Shown piece by piece: positions 36,598 to 49,729 of a DNA stretch of 64,000 nucleotides; the first letter of the stretch is position 1, and every line of letters starts with the position of its first letter. This DNA is from Eledone cirrhosa. Taxonomy: Eukaryota. The position numbers were made by a program, and so were the translations under genes. The DNA lies in contig OZ024742.1 of the NCBI GenBank assembly GCA_964016885.1, positions 178,560,001 to 178,624,000 on the forward strand. Reading direction: 5' to 3'. A model generated the notes under the pieces. That model did not search any database and was not told the origin of the DNA. It saw nothing but the letters and a program-made list of their open reading frames with translations.

Positions 36598-37078
36598 CTG
36601 TTGTATTTTGTGAGGGTCATACTGTCAATAAAAACACAAGCACTGGTTGCATTTCTTTTCGGTTTAATTATTAATCAGTTAAACAATTGGTTGATTTATT
36701 AATTGTGTGAAGGCACATGGCCTAGTTGTTAGGGTGTTGGACTTATGATTGTAATGTTGTAGGTTCGATTCTTGAACTGGGTGGCACTCTGTGTTCTTGA
36801 ACAAGATACTTATTTCATATTCTCTTGTCCAATCAATTAAAATGAGTACCAACAGAAGTAGCTAGCACCCTCTCCAAGAGGAAGTCTTGTACTCCCAGTT
36901 GTTTAACACCAATGAAATTGGACATACCTTGACCTGATGAGTCTTCAGGTTTGGGACAGATTTTAATTGAATAACTGGTTTGCCAAAGTTCTTTTGTCAC
37001 AACCTATGACCTTATCAATTCCTTCTTGTCCTCCATCAATTTTGTTGACAGCATGACATTCCCAAAGTACAATAACAT
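36598..37078. mobile_element. Degenerate copy of the Ginger-like MITE with a SINE nested inside
   Basis: tgttgtattttgtgagggtcat...atgacattcccaaagtacaataaca, with internal caaagttcttttgtcaca similar to 14716. SINE at about 36712-36965. Confidence 0.6.
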
Positions 37079-37963
37079 ATGTTTATGTATATAACTCAAT
37101 AAATCACCACAAATCTATAGTTGAGAAAAAGCTCACCAATATTTAGTATAAATGCCTCAATTCTAAATTAAATTTAAAAACAAAATATTTGGAAGGTTTT
37201 TTATGTGTTTCTAATGTGGCTTATTAACTTTTTTTTTTTTTTTTTTTTTACTCTATAACTCAAACCTGTGAATTGGCTGAGTTGTTAGAATGTGGGATAT
37301 TTGTTTCAGCTCTGCTTTTGAGTTCAAACCCACCAAGGTCAACTTTGCCTTTCATTCTTTTGAGGTTGATAAATAAAGTACCAGTCCAATATTGGAGTGG
37401 GGAGTTGGGGGGTCAATTCTTCTCTCTCTTTTTCTGGATGAAATTGGCTGTATTCCAGCTTGGAGAGGGATGGGCTCTACCAGCTTAACATACCATGTGT
37501 CAAGACAGTGTCTCTATGACAGGAGCTTAGTGCTTTTTACTATCCTTCAACCTTGAACCTACAACACAGAACCCGATAGCGTAATTATCATTCTAATGTG
37601 TAACGCAATGAGACCAAACTCACAACGACACCATCTTGAATTGCTTGATGGGTAGGTTTTCACTGAAGGATCTCTTGGCTTACTACTGCTGCTGGAATAA
37701 GGTTTCTGTCTTAACATACTTCACTGTCTATCACATATGGAACCATTTCTTAACCAGTTTCACATTTATTATGAATTTATCTTATGAGAATATGCTACAA
37801 ACTTTAATATGTGTGACGGAATGGCATATTTATCTCCATCACTGTAGTGTCTCTCACAGGAAAGTAGGCACCCAAGGTGGGTAAAATTCATTGGAGATGT
37901 AAATTTAAAATCTTTGTTATTTCCTTCTGTAAAACTAAAATGCATATGGTGAATGCTGAAACG

Positions 37964-38018
<55 letters not shown>

Positions 38019-38173
38019 GAGTGGTGTGCTCATGTGCAGTGATGGTATAAAATAATGTGAAAACCCTGAGAGATGGGGAAAAAGTTGCCATCAGCTACAT
38101 TTTCACACATGAGCATACCATACTTTGTATTAACTTTATTCTCTCAGCACTTTGTAAAAATCAGAGAGGTCAG

Positions 38174-38206
<33 letters not shown>

Positions 38207-38649
38207 GTTTATAATCACAGGATTTCAGATTTTCTGAAGATCCTGTGAACAGGTGAAAGAGGAGATCCTGCATATAAAATTTTAATCTGGTTAAACAAAT
38301 GAATGATTTGCTCTACTGTTATATATATATATATATAACGTTTTATTGAGTACTCTTTGGATTTTTGTCTTTTGGACTTTGGAAACACACAAACATATTT
38401 ATATATATATTAAAATTTAGCTTCGGTATAGCTGTATACATACAACATGTATGTGAATTTTGTATATGGTATGTTTGATAAATAAAAATTTTGAAAGCCC
38501 AGCTATGAATAGAAAGGCTGACAGCCAGCGCCGTCTAGCGGATTCCGGCAGAAGCAGTGGAGGATAATTGTCTATGCATTTCGAGCTCTGGCTCTCATCA
38601 GGACAATGCTTCTCCATGCTTGGAAAAGCAGACATAAAAATAATGATGA

Positions 38650-38689
<40 letters not shown>

Positions 38690-41554
38690 GCGTGTGTGTG
38701 GAAGGGTATATTTTGTTGTACAAATGAAGAAAAGTACTCAATACATGTAGTTCATATATTTGAATTTGAACTTTCACTCTATTGCTACTCTGAGGTTCTT
38801 TTTGCTGTTATGCTCTTCATGGTGACTGCCAAAATATTCCAGTATTGTTAAGTGTTTTAGAATGTCTTTGGAAAATGTTGCATTTAGTTTAATTAATGGG
38901 AAATTAGATCACATAATTTACTCAGTCTTTTTTCCCATCCATTATATCTGCTCCTTTGATGTCAAAAGAAAAGAAAAAATCAATTTCAGGGTTATTTTCT
39001 TTTTTTCTTTTCTAAACTTATTTTGCACTGCATGGAATTGGCAGTCATTAGAGTGATGGTATTTGTTGCAGTTTTTTGCGCTCTAAATTTAAATCTCGCC
39101 ATGGTCAACTTTTCCTTTCATCCTTTCAGGGTTGATAAATAAAGTATCAGTTCAGAGGGCAATGGATATGTGGAATTCTTTATGAGTCAAACAGGATACC
39201 TTGTTGTATCTAATCTGGTTCTGTGCATTCTGAGTTTAAATCCCACCTCCTAGGAGTTACACTTGGCAGATTGTATCAGCAATGAAAAGACCATTGGAAA
39301 CATTTTTTCCTTGGTCTGATCTGACAATCGGCACCTTTCTTTTGCTAGGTGTTGCGATCAGCAAACGGTAGAAACATTGTTTTCTTTGGTACAATCTAAT
39401 GATCAGCTCCTTCCTTCTGCCAGGAGTTGAGACCAGCAGATTGTATCAGATATGGAAACATTGTTTCCTTGGTTGAATCTAATGATCAGCTCCTTTTTAT
39501 ATTGTTAAACAAATTTAACAAGATAATTCTTCTGATATGATGTTTTGACTGAAAACTGATTTATATTTAAAAACAGTTCTGAAATTGAAATGTATTTATG
39601 TTTCAGTGGGATCCATTCATTTTTAAGTTTATGGAAAATTCTTCTCCAAAACAGATTAAAAAAAAAATTCCTATGTATAAATCTTGCATGAAATATTGGT
39701 TATATGTAGGACCCTCTTTTGGTTTTTTTCTGCTTCAATGTCTTTCAATTGTAAGCTTAAACATTATAACTGTATAATTATAGTAATATTTTTCAATTGT
39801 AAGCTTAAACATTATAACTATAAACATATAGAATGGATATTCTATTCAAAATAGATCTTTATATTATAGAAGCTTCTATATTAAAATGCAACTAAGTTAC
39901 ATTTGTATGAATGTTATTACATGGAAATGATTGTGTTGAGTACTTCTAAATATTGCGGTTTTAAATGTTTAATATATATTGTTATTATATTGTCTAAAAC
40001 AAAAATTATACATCATTATGGCAGCTAAATATTTGACTTCAATCTTATATTTATATTTAGTAGAACTCATATCTACTGTAGGAAATGAGTTTATATATAT
40101 ATAAACAACTGAAGCTGTGTCAATTCTATTCGATAAGTTTCATTCCATAGTTATATATATGTGTGAAACAAAAAAAAAAAAAACTACTTTATCATGTATA
40201 TTAGAATTACAGTTCCTTTTACATATATATATATATTTTAGATATGTTACAAGCAAAAATACAACAACAACAAAAAAAAAGAGACATGTTGGAAATGTTT
40301 TGCAAAGTTACATTTTAATACAATGTCCTTGAAGTAACACAGGTTGTGCAGTTTACGTAATATTTATTAGAAATAATGCACTAACATAGAAATAAATTAC
40401 AATGTCTACTGCTGTCATTGGGGTGTTTAAATGATTCAATTTACAAAGTTTGCTAAACAATCATGTAATTTATTCTAATCATTGTATTCAGAATAGTTCT
40501 GATTTTTTAAATAAAGAGGCAAAAGATTTCCGTTGTATTAAGAGTTTTATTATGTTAGGATATACAATACACTTAATCTATAGATTTTTAGCTAACACTG
40601 AATGTATAGACAGATATGAACATGAAGGTACGGTATAAATGACAAGTAGTTAACATGTTTAGGCATGTAGTGTAATGGTTAGAAAGTTGAATTCATAATT
40701 TTGAGGTTTTGAGTTTGATCCCTTGACTGAGTGATGCATTGTGACCTTGAGTAACACACTTTATTTCACATTGATCCAGTTCACTCAGCTGGAAGATATG
40801 ATTTCCAGCGTCACTGGTGCCAAGTTGTATTGGCCTCTGCTTTTCCCTTGGACGACATCGGTGGTGTGGAGAGGAGAGACTGGAATGCATTGGCAACTGC
40901 TGGTCTCCCACAAAAACACTCTGCCTGGGCTTGTGACACGGAGGGGAACTTTCTAGGTGTAAAACCCAGGGTCATTTGTGACTAGGTGTCTTTATCCTCA
41001 TGTTTACATCTATCTCTACACACAGCATTTGCTAAAAATCTATAACTTTATTCTATAGTATGTCATAGTAAATTGCCTTGCATCCTCTTGAGGTCGATAA
41101 AAAAAGTATCAGTTCAGTCGATTCTTCTATATCTCTTTCTCATTTCCCCTCTGTCATTCTCTTGCTCTTTCTCTAGAAAAAATTGGCTGTGTTTAGACCT
41201 ATGACTATATTAGGAGTTATGTGTTCATACATACATTGCATAGTAAAATAATTATGTTCTTATTTAGTGTAAAGCTGTTTTAAATAAGCCTTACCATATT
41301 TTTGAAATGATTTATTCCTTATAAAATAAAATTGTGTTTATCAATTGATTGAGACTTAATTACCTAATCTATTGTTCTTTATCAATTTTAATATATTATT
41401 CCTATCATGCATGGCTTAGTGGTTAGGGTGTTTGGCTCACAATCATAATGGTGTGAGTTTGATTCCTGGCAGTGTGTTGTGTCCTTGAGCAAAATACTGA
41501 ATTTCATGTTCCAGTCCACTCAGCTGGCATAAATAATTTACTCCTGCAATTTAA

Positions 41555-41763
41555 CCCTTTAGCATTTAAACTGGCTGTATCCGGCCAGAATTCCTTCCCC
41601 TTTTTGAAACTGGCTGTAACCAGCAGCTCACACTAATGTTAAGATATCACTCTTAAAATAAACAATTACATCATCAAACTTTCGTAGACTCGAGATTATG
41701 TGAGATAAAGCTTTTATCATGAATGTATAATAGTAAATATAGGGTAATGTAAATGCTAAAGGG
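41555..41763 (+). mobile_element. piggyBac-type MITE inserted in a SINE; a second partial copy in reverse at about 41883-42090
   Basis: TTAA|CCCTTTAGCATTTA...TAAATGCTAAAGGG|TTAA. Confidence 0.85.
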
Positions 41764-42262
41764 TTAAAGGGCCAACCTTATCACAAATTGTGTCATGCTG
41801 AATATCTTGAAAAATTCCTCTCGGTGCACATCTCTGTAGAATGCTCAGTTGCTTGCACATTAACTTTGCAAGTAATCTGTTGTATTTACATTACTCTATA
41901 TATACTATTATATTTTCGTTGTAAATGCTTTATCTCTTATAATTATCTCACATAATATCAAATCTGAGATTTTGATATTTATTTTGAGAACAATACCTTA
42001 ATGTCAGTATGATTGGACGGTTATGGCTGGTTTGAACAGAAAGAGGTGAGAGAATTCTGGCCAGATACAGCCAGTTTAAATGCTAAAGAGTTTAAAGGGA
42101 AAATCCAACTGTGAGAAAATCTTTTTCGTAGATTAACTACAGAACCTTATGATGATCACATAAGGTTGCTATTTAAATCTAATTTACATCGGTGCACATT
42201 ATTGAGGTGTCATTTCTGAATTCAGGTACTACCATGACATCTGAAAAAAAAAAATTTTAATT

Positions 42263-42496
42263 TATGAAGTAGTATGATGTTCGAAGGCTGTGATAATGCA
42301 AAATGGACCGTAAATTTTGGAATAAATTGAAGGCAATGGAGATTTTGGTGCATGACCTGTTATTTTATTTACCTGTAAAATAAAATAGCCTAAATAAGAT
42401 AACAGGTGACACACCAATATCTACGTTGCCTTCAATTTATTCCAAAATCTGTCCAATTTGCATTGTCATAGCCTTCAAATAACATACTACTTTATA
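42263..42496. mobile_element. Fold-back (palindromic) MITE
   Basis: About 105-bp arms agtagtatg..gaaggct..ttttggaataaattgaaggcaa..acctgttat / ataacaggt..ttgccttcaatttattccaaaa..agccttc..catactact, with TA ends. Confidence 0.78.
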
Positions 42497-43952
42497 CACT
42501 GACACAATACTTCAAGCAAACTACAACACACTCATTTTATTTTGTTAAATCTGATCATGAAAAGAAAATTTTATTCTGTCTAGTTTATATTGGTAACAAA
42601 CACATCAAGACAAGTCTTTATAATTTTGTTAACGTTTTTTAAGAAAATCTAAATATCACAACAATTTGTTGTAAAATAAATAAAAAATGAAAAGAAAATG
42701 TTTAAAATTAAGAATGTAATTGAAATTCTTATTCAGTTCACTTCATATTCAGTACCATTTTGTCCTGTTAAGACTAAATCTATTTCCCTACATCTTCATT
42801 GTACATGGCAAGCTCAGAAAATGTAGCATTCTCATAAATTAGAAGAAACATCTCAAATGTTTTATAGTTCCATAACTTGCAATTCTACCACTTCTAAATC
42901 TGTATTGACATGTGTAATAAACAGATTAAACATACACATGATTTAACTAGAAATTAATTGTTAATCTGTAAATTAATAAAACATAAATGAATACTCATTT
43001 AATTTAATTCAAACTAAATAAATCAGACAATGCTGTGCCACTGAAGATAGTCTCTGTAGAGATGTACCAATGTTTAACATGAAAATTCTCTTAAATTTCA
43101 TCTACAGACTCCTGCCTTTCATTACTTATAAAGAACAATGTGCTATATATCTCTTAAATTCCATGTTAGTTTCGCCTTTGATTGCCTGCAATGAACAGTG
43201 TATAGGTGGTGAATTGCCTGAGCCATTAGCGTGTCAAATAGAATGCTTTGTGGTATTCATTCTGGTTCGCACTCTGAGTTCAAAACCTGCAGGGGGCAAC
43301 TTTGTCTTTCATCCTTTCGATGTTGATATCATACCAGTCCACTACTGGGGTTGATTCTTCCTCTATATCTCTTTCTCACTTCCTCTCTATAACTAGCTCT
43401 CCCTTTCTCTATTCTCTTTCTTTCTTTGGAAGAGATTGGCTGTGTTCAGATCTGGAGAGGAGATTGGTTTGGCCAGATTCTAAAAAAATGTCCAAGAAAC
43501 ACTATGTTACTCCTATGTCTCTACCAGGAGTTACAGGTTAAGTCCTCTCCTATAACTTGTCTACAGCGAATAGAGTAAACTCTAGCTGCCAAAGATAAAG
43601 TCCATTCCATTTGTACATTTATTTTTTGCAAGACACACAGACACATCAGCAGTAATTTAATTGCCTTCAATTATTTTGAATTTGGTTAAGACCCCATATG
43701 TTATAAGTTAATACGGCAAATAAAATTCTTTGTATCAAAATAAGACCACAAGAGTGAGGTGTCAGGTTATTTAGTACAGTTCAGCTCTTAATAAATATTT
43801 TCCTGTGACAGTTTGGATGATACCAACGATAGCTACTGTATTCTATTTTGTTTATCTTTAAATTTAAAAATTACTCAAGATCAGTTGTAACATCTCATTC
43901 CATCTTAACGGATTTTTGATAAAATCTATTTGGGTTTAGTAGTCATTTCAAT

Positions 43953-43983
<31 letters not shown>

Positions 43984-46299
43984 AATAATAATAATAATTA
44001 TATATATATATATATATTTATATATGATAATAATTTTAAAATTATCAGTGGTAAAATCTTATTCATCTTATTAATGGAGATACAACACTAATATTACCTA
44101 CATTTTTGATAAAATCTATTTGGGTTTAGTAGTCATTTCAATTTTTTAAATATATATAAAGTATATTTTCTTTAAATTGAATAATGGAAGACTATTAAAG
44201 GTATTTCTTTGTGAAATTATGTGAAAATCCAAAGATATTAATCCATATTGTTTCAAATTGAACTGGTTGTAATTTATTTGAATTGGTGAAATAAAATATA
44301 GTTACAGCATTTTATTGCGTGGTTCTTTTCTTCTTAAGTTTCAAACTGTTGCTCAGTTTAACACCATCACCTGGACCTTGGGCATGTTTAGAGGAGTCCT
44401 GTTTGTTGCAAGAATTTCAGACAAAGTCTCCAGTTTGAGGATACCTTCCTACTACCAGTCTTGTTGGCCCTTATTAATCAGTGCAGTCTTAATTGTACCC
44501 CCCCCCCCCAAGCTTCTGTAGTTTCTGTATAACAAATTCTACTCACAAGACATTGGTTAACCTAAGACCATAATAGAAAACACTTCAACAATGCCTTTGT
44601 TATATGGAAATTGCAGAAGCACATCATCATCATATATATATATATATGCAGGTTCCCAAGTTATGTTGGAGGGTAACCACAGTTAAAAAAGGTACTCAAT
44701 ACGTTAGTAGAGTATAGGAATCTTTATTTTATATAGAAATGACTGATGATTTCATATGAATGAACCAGTTCTGGTCTTGTAGAAGCTATTTCTATATGTA
44801 TATATGTGTGTGTGTGTCCATGTTTGAGTTCATATCCTGCTGAGGTGAACTTTGTCTTTCAACTTCCTGGAGTCAAAGTTAAGTACCAGTCATATACTGG
44901 GGTTGGTATAATCAATTTCCCCTCCAGATATTATTGGCCTTGTGCCTGAATTAGAATGTATAAACTGTCACTTATAATCGAGTATAACTTGGTAGTATAT
45001 ACCATTCTTTTCCTAATGGTTTTGGGGGCCTATGCAGACACAGATACCTTCTCAAACCTCCCTACTTTTGACTAGCAGAACATCAAGGATGTGACAGTTG
45101 GAATAAGAGAGCATTGAACTTGTACATGTTTTTTATTGGTCTGGAAGGATGAAAATTAAAGAGAGTATGTACAAATATCCAATGCTTGACCACCATTTTA
45201 TTGTATGAGTGGCTGAATATTTCACAGACCTGGCTAACATTAATGAAATTTCCAAGCAGAATGAGTGTGACATAGTGTATGAGATGGCTGGCTGTTTAAA
45301 TTACAGGTACAATCTGTCATTGAATTAATCTGTAATTGTCTGAGTATCCCACGTGTAAATCTAAAGTCTGTCTTGAGCCTAGGGCCTCATCAGGCAGATG
45401 CTTATGCTGGTTTCTGTGATGTTAAACAACTGAGAGTACAAGACTACCCCTGGACAGGATGCTAGTCCATTGCAGAGTTAAACCTCCAGCTATTGCTGAT
45501 ACTCATTTCAGCTGAGTACACTGGATCAATGTGAAATACAGTGTTTTGCTCAAGAACACAACACACAACTCAGTCCATGAATCAAACCCACCACATTATG
45601 ATAATAAGTTCAACACCCTTACCACTTAACATAATTCTCAAATCACAAACAGAATCAGATGACACTGTAAAAAAGCTGGACATTTGAATTACATGTAGAT
45701 TCTTACTGAATTAATGTGTAAGTGGCTGAATATTCCAGAGACACATAACTATAGTGTAGTCTCCATACAGAAACAGCATAGAAAAAAATATGCGACAAGG
45801 TTGGCTTTTTGAATTATAGGTACGACCATCCGACAGGCTTCCAAACATATATTGTCTACCAGTTTACACACATATTTAGGGATGTATGGAGACAGGGTTG
45901 GATTTAAAAATAATAATAATGAAAATTATTGTGTACAGTGCTCAGGTGCACTACAACTCATCAAAGGTGTATATATAGTACATAGAATAATGTACAAATG
46001 TCAGGAAAGTGAACAGTATATGAGTCATGATATTTAGACTTTGGGAGGCTCCTCATACACAAAAATTAGAATATACAGCACCCCCACCACCAATTTTACA
46101 TATCAAAGTTAGCTTGGTGCAAGTAATTGGAATTGAAAAGTTATACATACAGGTATTAAATTCAAAAATTCTAACCATCCTAAAACTAAAAAAGTCAGGC
46201 TGAGGGCACAAAGAAATTGCAAGGGGGCCCGGGGTAATTGCCCCCCCCCCTCCCAATGTGATAAAACTATCCAATATAAACGGTAATAAGGAAACGAAA

Positions 46300-46710
46300 A
46301 AGACAAAAAGAAATAAACAACGAAAGAAGGGGCAAGTGGTGGTTGTGCAGACTACACTTCAATCGGAGCGGTAAGTTTCTGCTGCGGCTCGCAGACAAAA
46401 TAGCGAAGGTATTACCCTGAAGAATGGCCAGCGATACCGACTGCAACAACCAGATCACCTTACGGGGTTCCTTCCTCGGCCAGGCTGTTGTCTTTACTAA
46501 TTTTATGAAGGAAAACAGTAGATTCGGGGATCGAGGACACCTGAGGTCTCGACGGCGACCGGCACGAAAATGGAAATGTCGGTTAAGCTCCGTATTTGGT
46601 TGTTTTCCTCTTCTCTGTATTGCAGGTAACGGTATCCGGGTTTGCGACCGAAGCGTCAAGGATAGAGGCAGAGAACGAGTCGCACAGACGAATCGAATAC
46701 GGGACCTCAT
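46300..46710 (-). mobile_element. Second CRE-like REL-endonuclease fragment
   Basis: Minus-strand pieces NTEKRKTTKYGA / IFVPVAVETSGVLDP / EPRKVIWLLQSVSLAILQGNTFAILSA. CpG-rich island in AT-rich DNA. Confidence 0.72.
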
Positions 46711-48289
46711 AATTACTTACGAATAACGTCTATAATAGTTCTCAGCTTTAAACACCAGCAAATAGGGGACGCAACTCCGATAGCGTAGATGAAATAAAAA
46801 TCACAAAAACAACACAAAACAGCTAAGATTGTCCCAAGTAAAGTTATTGCACCACCTACCTGTTAATCACCCTGAATCTACACACACACACACACACATA
46901 CTCTTTTATTCTTTTACCTGTTCTAGCCATCCGGCTGAGGCCATTACATAAATTACAAAATAGGAGGAAATAACAGACAAAAATAGGTATATTTTTGTCT
47001 ATTATTCTGATTATTGAGTTATTTTAATTATCTTTATTATTTTAGCTCTTTCGGTCATCGAGCAAAATTTGTTAAGGTGGACACCACACGCAGACACATA
47101 TACATATGAATATGTGTGAGTATTTCATTATATATATAAATTATATATATATATATTTAACACTTATATATACATACACGCACACAGACATACACTCAGA
47201 CACACGCACGCCCGCGCACACATATATATAATTTTTTCTCTAAATCTCAGGTTTTATGAAATATAACTGTGCACTGTAATCTTAAGAGTTATTTCCCTTC
47301 ATAAAACGTTCCTGCCTAGAATATTAAAATGAGGAGTCACATCAACGAGCCAATAAATACTGCGCTTCCTCTGAGGGTTAATTTAATTGACTCTTACCCC
47401 CCACGAAATATATGGCTTTATACTATTTACATAATGCTTGTTAAGGTAAATCTGAAGTCTTAGTTATTGCTATACGACGTTACAAAAATAACTAATCAGA
47501 AGAAATCTAACCCCATTCGAATTTCCTGGCGCAGCTAATATTAGAAATTATTGTTAGCATTGGTGGATTGGCAGAATCAGTAGAGCGCCGGACAACATGC
47601 TTTGGAGCATGTAGTTACGTTCCTTTCATTTTTACGGGATCGTTTAAATAAAGTACCAGTAACGCACTGGGTCGATTTAATAGAGTTACTCCGTCCTTTA
47701 AATTTCTGGCCTTGGGCCTATTGGCAGTATCGGTAGAGGGTCGGACGCCATGCTTTCCAGCATAGTTACGTCCCTTTATGATCTGAGTTCAAATCCCGCC
47801 GAGGTTGACTTTGCCTTTCATCCTTACGGGGTCGATAAAATAAAGTACCAGTAATGCACTGAGTAATTGCTGGCCTTGTGCCTAAAGTAGAAACAATTAT
47901 TAGATTAGGGTATTCATACGCAGAAGCAGTAGATTAAGCATACACGCATGTATATGTGTATATATCTTAAAGACTCCCTTCGGTCATGAATGGATTTGCA
48001 TCTAGAAAGTTTCCCTTAGTAAGGTTGTTTTGTGGAAGACCAGCAGTCGCCCATGCATACCAGTCTCCCCTCTCCACGCCACCGATGTTGTCCAAGGGAA
48101 AGGCAATGGCCGATACAGCTTGGCACCAGTCACGTCGCAACTCATTTCTACAGCTGAGTAAACTGGAGCAACATGAAATAAAGTGTCTTGCTCAAGGATA
48201 CAAAACATTACCCGGTCCGAGAATCGAACTCACAACCTTCCGATTGCAAGCCCAATGCTCTAACCACTAAGCCATGCGCCTTCATATGC

Positions 48290-48348
<59 letters not shown>

Positions 48349-49218
48349 CGTGCGTGCGTGCGTGTGTGTGCGTGCGTGTGTGTGTGTGTGTCTGAGTGTA
48401 TGTCTGTGTATGTGTGTGTGCGTGTATGTATATATATATAAGTATTAAATATATATATATGTATATTTGTATATATATATATATCTAGTAAGAAGTGTGC
48501 TAGCAGCCAAAGTTTATGATAAAGTTATATCTGTATAAATACAGAGTGCGTAACTGAGACTGCACCAACGTGTATAAATATATACACATATCTAATATGT
48601 AGGCATGTAAACATGCCAGAAAATACGAATTACCCTATAACTTTATCATACACTTCGCCTGCTAGTGCAATTCTTAGCATATATCATAATTTATTACTAA
48701 CAATATGCAAGTTAGTACGTTCATTTCAGAATAATACTAAGAGTAACTGGGTAAATATACTTATCTAGTAAATGTTTCCTTCTGAGGAGGGTTCAATTAA
48801 ATCCGAAAATCGTTTTAAAATGTTTACCAGTTTTTTCCCATACACAGGGAAATTCGTATTTTCTGGCATGTTTACATACATACATATTAAATATGTGTAT
48901 ATATTATACACGTTGGTTCAGTCTCGATTACACACTCTGCATTTATACAGATATCAGACAAAACTATACGCATGTATATATGTAGTATCTTTTGCAAGTT
49001 CAGTTGTCGATGTGAATGGAGCAGTTAGTAACAAAAGAGTCGTTCAGTTCAGCATTTATCGTCGCCATTTTGGGATAAAAAGCTCATAAGAGCTTGTTTT
49101 ATCATAAATGTAACATGTTTTTCTAGGTATTGAATTTGGTGACTGAATATTAAATCATATGTATCATATAACTTGTGTTAGGACAGTGTGTGTGTATATG
49201 TCTCTCGATCCCCCCCCC

Positions 49219-49250
<32 letters not shown>

Positions 49251-49513
49251 GTGTATGTGTGTGTTTATATATAAATATATATATGTATGCATGTGTGTAT
49301 ATGTGTGTGTGTGCATCTGTGTCCAGTGTATATAGGTCACAGACACCCACACTCACACATATATATATATACATACACACACACGCACACATACATATAT
49401 CTATATGGGCCTTCTGATTTCATTGTACATTATATAATATATGTCTGTGTATATTTTAATTATTTAAAAATTATTTTTAAGTGAACTTCACTCAATGGCT
49501 CACGGGTGGTCTA

Positions 49514-49629
<116 letters not shown>

Positions 49630-49729
49630 ATGAACATATAACGAAGGCTGGATTCCTTTAATGTTACACAATTACATAATACGCGTTTCTTTGACCGTCT
49701 TACGTCATCAGACATAATGGGCATAACAG

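Noticed and set aside
36925-36965. CCTGATGAG motif in SINE tails (also about 7970 and 45380) as a ribozyme
   Set aside because: Lacks GAAA and a cleavage-site helix. It is an ordinary SINE 3' segment.
43912-44150. Direct duplication of about 45 bp (similar small ones at 39744/39792 and 34741/34818)
   Set aside because: Ordinary local tandem duplications with no further structure.
39500-44300. 3'UTR of a convergent minus-strand gene
   Set aside because: AT-rich unique sequence is compatible, but I found no coding exon to support it.
46340-46720. U3, RNase P/MRP or 7SK-type ncRNA, or a promoter exon
   Set aside because: Required conserved boxes are absent. The region is better explained as a CRE-like coding remnant.
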